Below are positions 9,632 through 17,855 of a stretch of 64,000 nucleotides of DNA, piece by piece. A program made the position numbers and the translations under genes. Position 1 is the first letter of the stretch. Each line of letters opens with the position of its first letter. Source of the DNA: Bacteroidetes bacterium GWA2_32_17 (GTDB lineage: Bacteria; Bacteroidota; Bacteroidia; Bacteroidales; GWA2-32-17); contig MENF01000150.1 in NCBI GenBank assembly GCA_001769035.1, positions 10,848-74,847 on the forward strand. Reading direction: 5' to 3'. The notes under the pieces were generated by a model. It worked only from the letters and a program-made list of their open reading frames with translations, was not told where the DNA came from and did no database searches.

Positions 9632-10552
9632 ATGTCAGCAGAAAACGGCTCATTAAAAGCAATATTTTTTGCTCTTGGCGGAAATTTAGCTATAGCAATT
9701 ATTAAATCTATTGTTGCAACAGTAACTTCAAGTACTGCATTGCTTGCAGAAGCAATTCATTCTTTTGCAGATTGTTCAAATCAAATCTTTTTGCTGATAG
9801 GAAATAAAAGGTCGGCAAAAAGACCAACAGAACAACATCCTTTTGGGTTTGGAAAAGAAGAATATTTTTGGGGTTTTATGGTCGCTATATTATTGTTCTT
9901 TGTAGGAGCAGTATTTTCAATATATGAAGGTGTTCACAAACTTTTTAATGCTTCTGAAATTAATTATGTTTATTGGTCATTTGGAGTTATAATTATTTCA
10001 ATTTTAATTGAAACAAAATCGTTTTTTATTGCAAAATCGGAATTTAACAAAAAGTACAAAGGGGTAAAACTTTATAGAGCTTTAAAAGAATCAACCGACA
10101 CAAATTTATTTGTTATTTTAATGGAAGATTTTGCTGCTTTGTTGGGATTAACTTTTGTTTTAATTTCAACATTGTTAGCCTGGTTGTTTAATCCAATTTT
10201 TGACGCAATAGGCAGTATATTTGTTGGTTTATTACTCGCTAGTGTTTCAATATTTTTAAGTAACGAGTTAAGAAAATTAATAATTGGCGAAAATATTACA
10301 AGAGATTTAAGAAATAAATTAAAAACAAAAGTTGCCGAAAATCCAATTATTAATCATGTAAACAACATTAATGCTATGGTTATTGGCAGGAGTCGTTATT
10401 TACTCATTGTTTCGGTTGATATTGAGAATAATGTTTTGGCTGGCGAAGTTGAAGTTCAGTTAAATGAAATAAGAAATGATTTAATTGCAATTAGTCCCGA
10501 AATTCTTTTTGTTTATATTGATGTTAGAAACACAAATAGAAGTACTTGTTAA
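9632..10552 (+). CDS. Cation diffusion facilitator (CDF) family transporter
   Basis: MSAENGSLKAIFFALGGNLAIAIIKS..., HSFADCSNQIFLLIG, six hydrophobic segments and a cytoplasmic C-terminal domain. I prefer the ATG at 9632 to the TTG at 9581 given in the ORF track. Confidence 0.75.
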   Translation: MSAENGSLKAIFFALGGNLAIAIIKSIVATVTSSTALLAEAIHSFADCSNQIFLLIGNKRSAKRPTEQHPFGFGKEEYFWGFMVAILLFFVGAVFSIYEGVHKLFNASEINYVYWSFGVIIISILIETKSFFIAKSEFNKKYKGVKLYRALKESTDTNLFVILMEDFAALLGLTFVLISTLLAWLFNPIFDAIGSIFVGLLLASVSIFLSNELRKLIIGENITRDLRNKLKTKVAENPIINHVNNINAMVIGRSRYLLIVSVDIENNVLAGEVEVQLNEIRNDLIAISPEILFVYIDVRNTNRSTC

Positions 10553-10721
10553 AAATTATTCGCTATAAATTCCTTAAATTAAATTGCAAAGAAGTCAATG
10601 TTTTGTGTTTTTTATTTGCCACGATTGGTTCCGATAGTAGCCGATACCACCCGAAGTTCAAGGAAGGGACGAACCAATTAAAACAAAAAAAATATTTTTA
10701 ATGTTTAATCGGATTTAAATA

Positions 10722-10742
10722 ATTTTGACTAATTTTGTCAAA
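10722..10742 (+). promoter_or_regulatory. Inverted repeat TTTTGAC-n7-GTCAAAA overlapping a TAnnTTTG-type -7 box, upstream of the XRE gene
   Basis: TTTTGAC (10722-10728) and GTCAAAA (10736-10742) are exact reverse complements. TAATTTTG at 10729-10736 matches the Bacteroidota -7 promoter consensus TAnnTTTG, about 21 nt before the ATG at 10757. Confidence 0.45.
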
Positions 10743-10756
10743 ACAAAATATGGCAA

Positions 10757-11056
10757 ATGAGTAATTTTGGTGATTTAATAAAAAAGGAAAGAATTTTAAA
10801 ATCTTTATTATTAAGACAAGTTGCTGCTGTAATAGATATTGATCAATCAATTATAAGCAAATTTGAAAATGGAGAAAGAAAACCAACAAAAGAACAAGTG
10901 TTAAAATTTGCAAAGTATTATAAACTTGATTTAAAAGTATTACTTATTGCTTGGTTAAGTGATAAAGTTATTTATGAATTAAAAGATGAAAAATATGTTA
11001 TAGAAGCACTAAAGGTAGCGGAAAAAGAAATAAAATATGTTCAAAAAAGAAAATAA
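10757..11056 (+). CDS. XRE-family helix-turn-helix transcriptional regulator
   Basis: LLLRQVAAVIDIDQSIISKFENGERKPTKEQVLKFAKYY is a classic HTH_3 pattern. 99 aa, first gene of a same-strand cluster. Confidence 0.8.
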   Translation: MSNFGDLIKKERILKSLLLRQVAAVIDIDQSIISKFENGERKPTKEQVLKFAKYYKLDLKVLLIAWLSDKVIYELKDEKYVIEALKVAEKEIKYVQKRK

Positions 11057-13793
11057 TAATATGAATTGGCAAGATAAAGTTATTCAAACAATCAAGAAGT
11101 CAAAAGACAAGGTCGTTGAAATTGACCCTGAAAAAAAGTCTGTAATCTATAATAAAATCAATAACCCTCGGAACATAAAGGTTATCACAGGTGACGAGGA
11201 ACTTGTACGAGCTTATTTAATTAATCATTTAGTGAATGACCTAGATTACAGCCCTGAATTAATTGATATTGAAGTTGAATACGACATAGGCAGGCCTGCC
11301 GTAAAAAAAGCGAGAATCGACATTTTGATTAAGGATAGCAAAAATAAAGTTTTTTTCTTTATTGAAGTCAAAGCGCCTACCAAATGGGAAAACGACAAAC
11401 AGTTTATTGAAGGACAACTATTCAAATTAGCAAAAATGCAGCCTGAAAGCAAATACCTTGTTTATTATACTCTCAATTTTAAAAGTGAAGAATTGGTTGA
11501 TCAAGCACTTATTATTGATTACTCTAAATACAAAGAATTTGAAATTTGGGATGAAGAAGGAAGACCTACTATTTCAAATGAACTTTCTGCGGGTTACGGT
11601 ATTCCAAGAAAACCGCCTTATATCAAGGGTGATAAAAAGCATGGTTTGCGAACTAACTTTACTCATGAAGAAATATTAAGTCTTAGCCGAAATCTGCATA
11701 ATGTTTTGTGGGGCGGTGGTGGTACTACTGATACAGAAGTATTTAATTCTTTAGTTAATGTTATCCTTGCTAAAATACAAGACGAAGACGAAAAGAAAAA
11801 AGGTGAACAATACGAATTTCAAATTTTCAGATTTGATGATGGGAAAGGCAATACTGAAATTGAAAAACAGGAAAAAGTTTTTGACAGAATAAATACTCTC
11901 TACCGCAGAGCTCTTGATAAAAAACTCAACATCAAAGATCAAAATAAACTTGCTAAAACTTATGTAATCAATGAAGAAAAATTTCCTCTTTCAAAATTGA
12001 TTTATACAGTTCAGCAGTTAGAAGATATTTCATTTATTGATGGACGCAGTCAGGTTGATGGTACAGATATTTTAGGAGACTTTTTTGAAAATATTACAAG
12101 AGATGGTTTTAAGCAAACAAAAGGACAGTTTTTTACTCCAATAAATGTAGTGCAGTTTATTCTTTACGCATTAAACCTCGATCAACAAGCAATAGAAAAA
12201 ATGAATGAAGATCAAACCTTGCCTTATATCATTGACCCATCCTGTGGGAGTGCTACGTTCTTAATTGAAGCAATGAAGCTGATAACAAAGGAACTTAAAT
12301 ATAAGCAACATGAGAAACTTGATTCCAGTAGTCAAGTGGAACGTTGGTATAATACACATTTTTCTTCTGCTTATGAAAATTCTTGGGCAAAAACATTTCT
12401 TTATGGTGCAGATATGAATTTTGATTTAGGTACAGCAGCTAAAGTAAATATGATTCTGCATGGTGATGGTTCAGCCAACTTATTTGTTCAGGATGGTTTA
12501 CTTCCTTTTATTATGTACACTAAATCTGCTGAAGGAACAAATATATTAGTACTCCAAGAACCAGAGGAATTGTACGGAAATAAAAATACAAACGGTCGTT
12601 TTGATGTTGTTATCAGTAATCCACCATTCAGCGTTGATTTGGATAATGTTACAAAACAAAAAGTAGAAAGAACATTTATCTTTCATAGAAAGAAAAATTC
12701 CGAAAATCTATTTATTGAAAGGTATTACCAGCTACTTAAAGAAAATGGAAGGCTTGGCATTGTATTACCAGAAAGCGTTTTTGATACTACAGAAAACAAG
12801 TATATCCGTCTTTTCCTTTTTAAATTTTTTAAAATTAAAGCGGTTGTGAGTCTGCCACAAATCACCTTTGAACCTTTTACATCCACAAAAACAAGTTTGC
12901 TTTTTGCACAGAAAAAAACAAGTACTGAAGTTGTTGAATGGAATACAACTTGGGATAAATATAGAAGCGAATGGGGTAAATTAAATACCCGTATTAATAA
13001 CTATGTGTCTGTTCTTGTAAAAGGCGAAAAGAAAGAAAAATATCCTTCAATAAAAGACGATAACGAAACCTTAATTCGTACAAATATTAAACGTTTCTTA
13101 AAAGATTATCTTGAACCCAAAGATGAGGGCTTGCCTATAAAGGACTTACTTATTAAATATGAATCTGAAATAGCATCTGTCAGTGAAATTGATAAAGATG
13201 TTATTGATTTATTCGGGCAATGTAATACATGGTGGATATTTGGCGAAGCAGCAAAGCATTTCAATGATTCAATTTTCATGGCAGAAGCCGAAAATGTCGG
13301 TTATAAAAGAACAAAGCGGGGTCCCAAGCCAATGCCTAATGATTTGTTTGATATTGAGGCAGCACCTTTGTTTTTAGATACAGATTCCGTTTTGCAATAT
13401 TTTACGAATATTATAAAGGATTTAAAAGCACTTGTTTCAGAATCAGAAAAAGTAGTCTCACTTCGTAAAAAGAAAAACGCAGACAAAGAAGATAAATGGA
13501 ATAAAAACGGTAATGACGATAAGGAACTTGAAAAAGAAGAAAAGAAATTGGAATCTTTAAAAGTTGCATTTAAACAAGCTGAAGATGATAAAACAAAAGT
13601 TACAGCTACAGTTAAAAAATATTATAATGAAAATAAATTGAAGGAAAAATTCCGTGAAAGAACAAACAAAGAATTGGTTGATATTTTTTCAACGGGCATA
13701 CTGAATCAATGGAAAAGCGATGATGTTCTGCTTCGCAATAAAGAAAAAATAAAAATTCTTGATCATTTTAGGCAAACTGTGAAATGGGAATAA
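11037..13793 (+). CDS. N6-adenine DNA methyltransferase (HsdM-like) with N-terminal HsdR_N-type PD-(D/E)xK-like domain and Lys/Glu-rich C-terminal extension
   Basis: QFFTP, IIDPSCGSATFL (motif I) and VVISNPPFS (motif IV NPPF). The N-terminus has RIDILIKDSKNKVFFFIEVKAP (D...ExK). An alternative ATG at 11061 lies just after the HTH stop at 11054-11056. Confidence 0.85.
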   Translation: MFKKENNNMNWQDKVIQTIKKSKDKVVEIDPEKKSVIYNKINNPRNIKVITGDEELVRAYLINHLVNDLDYSPELIDIEVEYDIGRPAVKKARIDILIKDSKNKVFFFIEVKAPTKWENDKQFIEGQLFKLAKMQPESKYLVYYTLNFKSEELVDQALIIDYSKYKEFEIWDEEGRPTISNELSAGYGIPRKPPYIKGDKKHGLRTNFTHEEILSLSRNLHNVLWGGGGTTDTEVFNSLVNVILAKIQDEDEKKKGEQYEFQIFRFDDGKGNTEIEKQEKVFDRINTLYRRALDKKLNIKDQNKLAKTYVINEEKFPLSKLIYTVQQLEDISFIDGRSQVDGTDILGDFFENITRDGFKQTKGQFFTPINVVQFILYALNLDQQAIEKMNEDQTLPYIIDPSCGSATFLIEAMKLITKELKYKQHEKLDSSSQVERWYNTHFSSAYENSWAKTFLYGADMNFDLGTAAKVNMILHGDGSANLFVQDGLLPFIMYTKSAEGTNILVLQEPEELYGNKNTNGRFDVVISNPPFSVDLDNVTKQKVERTFIFHRKKNSENLFIERYYQLLKENGRLGIVLPESVFDTTENKYIRLFLFKFFKIKAVVSLPQITFEPFTSTKTSLLFAQKKTSTEVVEWNTTWDKYRSEWGKLNTRINNYVSVLVKGEKKEKYPSIKDDNETLIRTNIKRFLKDYLEPKDEGLPIKDLLIKYESEIASVSEIDKDVIDLFGQCNTWWIFGEAAKHFNDSIFMAEAENVGYKRTKRGPKPMPNDLFDIEAAPLFLDTDSVLQYFTNIIKDLKALVSESEKVVSLRKKKNADKEDKWNKNGNDDKELEKEEKKLESLKVAFKQAEDDKTKVTATVKKYYNENKLKEKFRERTNKELVDIFSTGILNQWKSDDVLLRNKEKIKILDHFRQTVKWE

Positions 13794-15205
13794 ATGTTTT
13801 TTATATTACTCAATCTGATTTACTTGCAGATAATGATTTTCGCTGTGATTGTAAATTCTTTTCATTTTGGTCTAAATCTAAATGGAATTTCCTTGATAAT
13901 CCATTAAGTAAAGCCCTGTCAATTTCCCTAAATGAAGTTCTTATTCCATCCTATTCAAATTTTTATTTTGAAGAAGATAAAGAATATAAAGGTATTCCAA
14001 CTGGCAAAGAGTATTTGGACGAGCATGGTTTTATTATTTCTTATCAAAATATCACTCAAGAAAATAAACCCGATAGATTAAAGTACTCTGCAAATAAAGA
14101 ACATGTTTTAATTTCAAGTTTACGTGGGGCAAAATCACCAGCATTGAATTTTGATTACGATATAAGTAACTATGTTTTTTCAAATGGTTTTTATATATTC
14201 AAAGTTAAAGAAGGTTGGAACATTAAGTTTATTCTTCATTTACTACGAAGTAATTGGCTTAAAGCAGCAATCGACAATAATATATATAGAGGTATTGGTA
14301 TATCAGCTTATAAAGAAACTGATTTACTAAAAATTCGTTTACCATTCATATCAATAGAAATTCAAAATGAGTGTGCAGAACAAATTTTACCTATTGAACA
14401 ATCTATTTTTGAATTAAAAAGTGAAATCAAATCAGATTCAGCAATTATTAATGATGTTTTTTCACGCTGTTTTAGTTGGGATTTAAGCAAATTTGAAGAA
14501 TTAAGGCAAATACACATTATTAATACACCATTTGCAGTTTTTGCAAATAATCTGGATGTCCGTTTCAGTTTCAAATTTCACAATAAAGCAGGTGAATATG
14601 TAATGTCAGTTTTAAAAACTCAAACCTCGAAACGAATTAAAGATTACACAGCAGAAGATATTACACTTGGAAAAGGAATTTCACCTTCGGATTATGATGA
14701 AAACGGTGAACAATATTATGTTTCAATGGCAGATATTAAAAATTGGCGATTTGAACCCGAAGAAGCAAAAAAAGTTTTTCAGTCATATTTTAATGCAAAT
14801 CCTAACAAGCGAATAGCCATCAATGACATTATTATGGCTCGTTCCGGTGAAGGTACTATCGGTAAAGTAGCTATAATTGATAATGATGAAAACGAAGGTG
14901 TTTATGCTGATTTTACTATGCGTATCCGTCTAAAAAATTACAATCCTCTTTTTGCATACTACTATTTCAGAACTGATTTTTTCCAGCATCTTATCTATAC
15001 GCATAAAAAAGGTTTAGGCAACAATACTAATATTTTTCCAAGTCAAATACAAGAATTTCCCATTCCTGAATTAACCATAAAACAACAGGAAAATATTGTT
15101 TCTGAAATAAAAGCATCCATTGACGCACAAAGAGAAATAGAGAAACAGATACAGGAAAAACAACAGGAAATAAGTAAAATAATTATAGATGCAATAAAAA
15201 GTTAA
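13784..15205 (+). CDS. Restriction-modification specificity (S) subunit with two target-recognition halves
   Basis: Two halves, each followed by a helical spacer (IEIQNECAEQILPIEQSIFELKSEIK; IKQQENIVSEIKASIDAQREIEKQIQEKQQEI). ARSGEGTIGKVAII motif. 10-nt overlap with the methyltransferase gene. Confidence 0.8.
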   Translation: MGINVFYITQSDLLADNDFRCDCKFFSFWSKSKWNFLDNPLSKALSISLNEVLIPSYSNFYFEEDKEYKGIPTGKEYLDEHGFIISYQNITQENKPDRLKYSANKEHVLISSLRGAKSPALNFDYDISNYVFSNGFYIFKVKEGWNIKFILHLLRSNWLKAAIDNNIYRGIGISAYKETDLLKIRLPFISIEIQNECAEQILPIEQSIFELKSEIKSDSAIINDVFSRCFSWDLSKFEELRQIHIINTPFAVFANNLDVRFSFKFHNKAGEYVMSVLKTQTSKRIKDYTAEDITLGKGISPSDYDENGEQYYVSMADIKNWRFEPEEAKKVFQSYFNANPNKRIAINDIIMARSGEGTIGKVAIIDNDENEGVYADFTMRIRLKNYNPLFAYYYFRTDFFQHLIYTHKKGLGNNTNIFPSQIQEFPIPELTIKQQENIVSEIKASIDAQREIEKQIQEKQQEISKIIIDAIKS

Positions 15206-15207
15206 AC

Positions 15208-16095
15208 TTGATAACCCTTGAACAAATATTAAAAGATGAATTTGCTGATGTTAACCTTGATGAAATTACTCAGGTTTTATCTTCTCATTCATTACTCGAA
15301 CCTATAAACACTTCTATCAAATTAATAAACACGCATCTTAAAAATAAAAACCTCGAAATAAAGCACATTGGCAACATTCTGTTATCTCATATCGCAAGTT
15401 CTGTACTTATCCGGTCAAATGAATATTTACGTTCCCTCAATAATAAAAAGTGTTCCTCAGATGCAGATTACCTTGCTTATATACTTGGTCATATTTTCCG
15501 GCGTTTATTTGAAATGATTATTTCAATAATTCCCCCAGCAATCAGGGAATCTTTTTCAAAATGTCTGTATATTTCATTACAGGAAACCTGCGTTATGTAC
15601 AAATATGATTTTATCAAATTAATACAATTTTTAAATATCAATGCTTCTGCAAATGAAAGGGTGGCATTTCAAAAATCAACTTCTTTAATAAGTCCTGCTC
15701 AAAATTTAATTGCTCAGGTTCCGGGCTATATCTGGCTTGGCAAAGAAGAAAATTTTCCATTGTTCATCAAAACTGTCGAAGAACTTCAAATCTGTTACGA
15801 TTGTCAAAAGTTTGAAGCCCTTTTTCAATCCCCCACCGATAATCTTGCCATCCCTTTAAATACAAAGCGTTCAAGTTTTGTTATGCAGTTTTTTGCTTTT
15901 TTAAACAGCAAACGCTTTGTTTCTTATTACGGTTGTGGGGGCTTTTATCAGGTACTGCAATATCATGTATTTGATTTTGACAGCATTTTTTTACAGTACA
16001 AAACACCGCAGCGTAAAATTGGCTCTTTACACTTTCATTCATCATTTAATGCAAATCGCACAAAATTTAAAACCCTTTTCTCCAATATAAAATGA
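15208..16095 (+). CDS. Hypothetical protein (295 aa), no recognisable domain
   Basis: Long ORF starting at a TTG, 2 nt after the S-gene stop codon, on the same strand. No motifs that I can assign. Confidence 0.5.
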   Translation: MITLEQILKDEFADVNLDEITQVLSSHSLLEPINTSIKLINTHLKNKNLEIKHIGNILLSHIASSVLIRSNEYLRSLNNKKCSSDADYLAYILGHIFRRLFEMIISIIPPAIRESFSKCLYISLQETCVMYKYDFIKLIQFLNINASANERVAFQKSTSLISPAQNLIAQVPGYIWLGKEENFPLFIKTVEELQICYDCQKFEALFQSPTDNLAIPLNTKRSSFVMQFFAFLNSKRFVSYYGCGGFYQVLQYHVFDFDSIFLQYKTPQRKIGSLHFHSSFNANRTKFKTLFSNIK

Positions 16096-16099
16096 AAGT

Positions 16100-16135
16100 C
16101 TTGTCATCCACCTTGTCATTTACCTCGTCATCCGG
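16100..16135 (+). repeat. Three contiguous 12-nt direct repeats (CTTGTCATCCAC / CTTGTCATTTAC / CTCGTCATCCGG)
   Basis: Read directly from the sequence. They start 5 nt after the stop of 15208-16095 and lie 65 nt before the ATG of the LRAT-like gene. Confidence 0.7.
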
Positions 16136-16200
16136 AGACAACTGCTTTTGCAGTTATTATGCTTTATATTTTTGTTCTGTTAATTTTAAAATCTATAATT

Positions 16201-16719
16201 ATGAGTTATGCTGAACATTTTGTAATCGCAAACAATCTGCAACCCGCTGACGCCATTCTTTTAAAGAAAAAATTCGTTGGCATGTTCAATCATTTCGCAG
16301 TTTATCTGGGCCGGGAAAAATATACGAATAAACCTCTTTTCGCCTCTAATTCTACTAAAGGCGTTGAAATAATAGAAGGTGAAGAAGTGAATCACTTTTT
16401 ACAGACCCTTGAACCGGAAAAAATAGACAAGTTTTATGGAACCAACGAACAGCGAAATGAAGCTGTAAAAAGAGCATTTAGTAATAAATTTTCCAAAACA
16501 TATAATTTGATATTCAATAACTGTGAGCATTATAAAAACTTCGTACAATTCGGCAGAAAATACAGTCGTCAGGTTGATAATGTCAGCAATGGTCTTTTGA
16601 TGTGCGGAAGCGCTATTACAGTTACTGGTCTAGCAACACGAAGCACCAAAGCTGTTGGCTGGGGTTTATTTGCCCTTGCCCTGGGCGCTATAGGTAAGTT
16701 TGCTGCCGATAGAGATTAA
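16201..16719 (+). CDS. LRAT/PLAAT-like (H-box/NC, NlpC/P60 superfamily) thiol hydrolase/acyltransferase with C-terminal hydrophobic anchor
   Basis: H-box FNHFAVYLG. NC motif YNLIFNNCEHYKNFVQFG, with the Cys codon TGT at 16522-16524. C-terminal Gly/Ala-rich hydrophobic stretch LLMCGSAITVTGLATRSTKAVGWGLFALALGAIGKFAA. The ATG at 16201 is preferred to the upstream ATG at 16159 given in the ORF track. Confidence 0.7.
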   Translation: MSYAEHFVIANNLQPADAILLKKKFVGMFNHFAVYLGREKYTNKPLFASNSTKGVEIIEGEEVNHFLQTLEPEKIDKFYGTNEQRNEAVKRAFSNKFSKTYNLIFNNCEHYKNFVQFGRKYSRQVDNVSNGLLMCGSAITVTGLATRSTKAVGWGLFALALGAIGKFAADRD

Positions 16720-16734
16720 TTAAATCATTACAAT

Positions 16735-17007
16735 ATGAAAAAATCACACAGTAAACGAGGTGTTCAATACGAAAAATCGCAGTGTTCCAAACGTGGTGGT
16801 AAACACATTGGCGGTTCCGGTAAACCGGATTGTATTGTTGAAGGTAAAAAGATAGAAGTTAAAAACTGGAAAATTCCGGCACATATTGGTGTTGTAAAAA
16901 AAGCGAAGAAATCAGGGAACAAAATTATTGTTTCAAAAAGTGGTTTTTCATTACCTGCAAAGATTTTGGCCAAAAAGTACAAAATCAAATTAGAAAAGGG
17001 TAAGTAG
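16735..17007 (+). CDS. Minimal Mrr-cat-type PD-(D/E)xK nuclease-fold protein (90 aa)
   Basis: GGSGKPDCIVEGKKIEVKNWK (D-x8-ExK), followed by NKIIVSKSGFSLPAKILAKKYKIKLEKG. This mirrors the conserved tail of Mrr-like restriction endonuclease catalytic domains. It starts 15 nt after the LRAT-like gene. Confidence 0.6.
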   Translation: MKKSHSKRGVQYEKSQCSKRGGKHIGGSGKPDCIVEGKKIEVKNWKIPAHIGVVKKAKKSGNKIIVSKSGFSLPAKILAKKYKIKLEKGK

Positions 17008-17114
17008 TCAAATTAAAAGAGAATTCTAAGAAAAAAAATAAATAATTAAACAACGATTTTTTGTAATCACTAAAAATCAATTTAACTTGCAGATTAATTT
17101 AAAAAAATAACATT

Positions 17115-17684
17115 ATGTACTTATTTTTTGATACCGAAACAACTGGAGTTCCTCGAAATTATAAAGCTTCAGTAGAAGATTCGAACAATTGGCCCCGCAT
17201 GGTGCAAATTGCATGGTTGGTTTATAATTCAGATAAAATAAAAGTTGATGAGCAGCAATTTATAATTAAACCTGAAGGATATACTATTCCTAAAGAAGTG
17301 TCAAAATTACATGGAATTACTACTGAACGTGCAATAAATGAAGGAAAAGATTTGCAATTTGTTTTAAATTTATTTAATACTCAAATTGAAGAATCGCAAT
17401 TTATTATTGCACATAACATTAGTTTCGATGAAAAAATTGTAGGAGCTGAATTTTTCCGAAAAAAAATAAACTCAAAACTTTTTAATAAACCGCATCTTTG
17501 CACAATGCACGCATCAACCAATTATTGTAAAATTCCTGGAAATTATGGCTATAAATGGCCTAAACTTCAAGAATTACACACAAAGCTTTTTGGTAGTAAT
17601 TTTGAAGATGCACACAATGCAGCAGCAGATATTGAAGCTACTGCTAAATGTTTTTGGAAGTTACGTGATTTACATTTAATTTAA
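17115..17684 (+). CDS. DnaQ/epsilon-like DEDDh 3'-5' exonuclease
   Basis: Exo I LFFDTETTG, Exo II IAHNISFDEKI, Exo III HNAAADIEATAKCF. Confidence 0.85.
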   Translation: MYLFFDTETTGVPRNYKASVEDSNNWPRMVQIAWLVYNSDKIKVDEQQFIIKPEGYTIPKEVSKLHGITTERAINEGKDLQFVLNLFNTQIEESQFIIAHNISFDEKIVGAEFFRKKINSKLFNKPHLCTMHASTNYCKIPGNYGYKWPKLQELHTKLFGSNFEDAHNAAADIEATAKCFWKLRDLHLI

Positions 17685-17699
17685 TAACCAAGACTAAAA

Positions 17700-17829
17700 A
17701 AGATTGAAAAGACAATATTGATAAATTGCTAAATTGTTCTATTGCTGCTTAACAATGAAACAATTGAACAGTGAACAATGAACTTTTTTAAACATAGAAC
17801 AATGAACATTTTCAATCTACTTCAATCTT
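17700..17829. repeat. Inverted-repeat element of the GATTGA/TCAATC family
   Basis: aagattgaaaag (17700-17711) pairs with ttttcaatctacttcaatctt (17809-17829). The interior holds gaacaatgaac-type direct repeats. Confidence 0.6.
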
Positions 17830-17855
17830 AAAGTAAATTAACAAAATATAAGCAA

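Noticed and set aside
10615-10690. A tRNA fragment or att site at the left border of the island (gattggttc ... gaaccaatt stem)
   Set aside because: No cloverleaf, anticodon arm or T-loop GTTCRA context is present. It looks like another small hairpin repeat. No matching direct repeat was found at the right border (17008-17114).
15208-16095. Calling the 295-aa orphan an RteC-like or mobile-element regulator
   Set aside because: I have only a vague impression of a C-terminal helical module. No alignable motif can be shown from the sequence alone.
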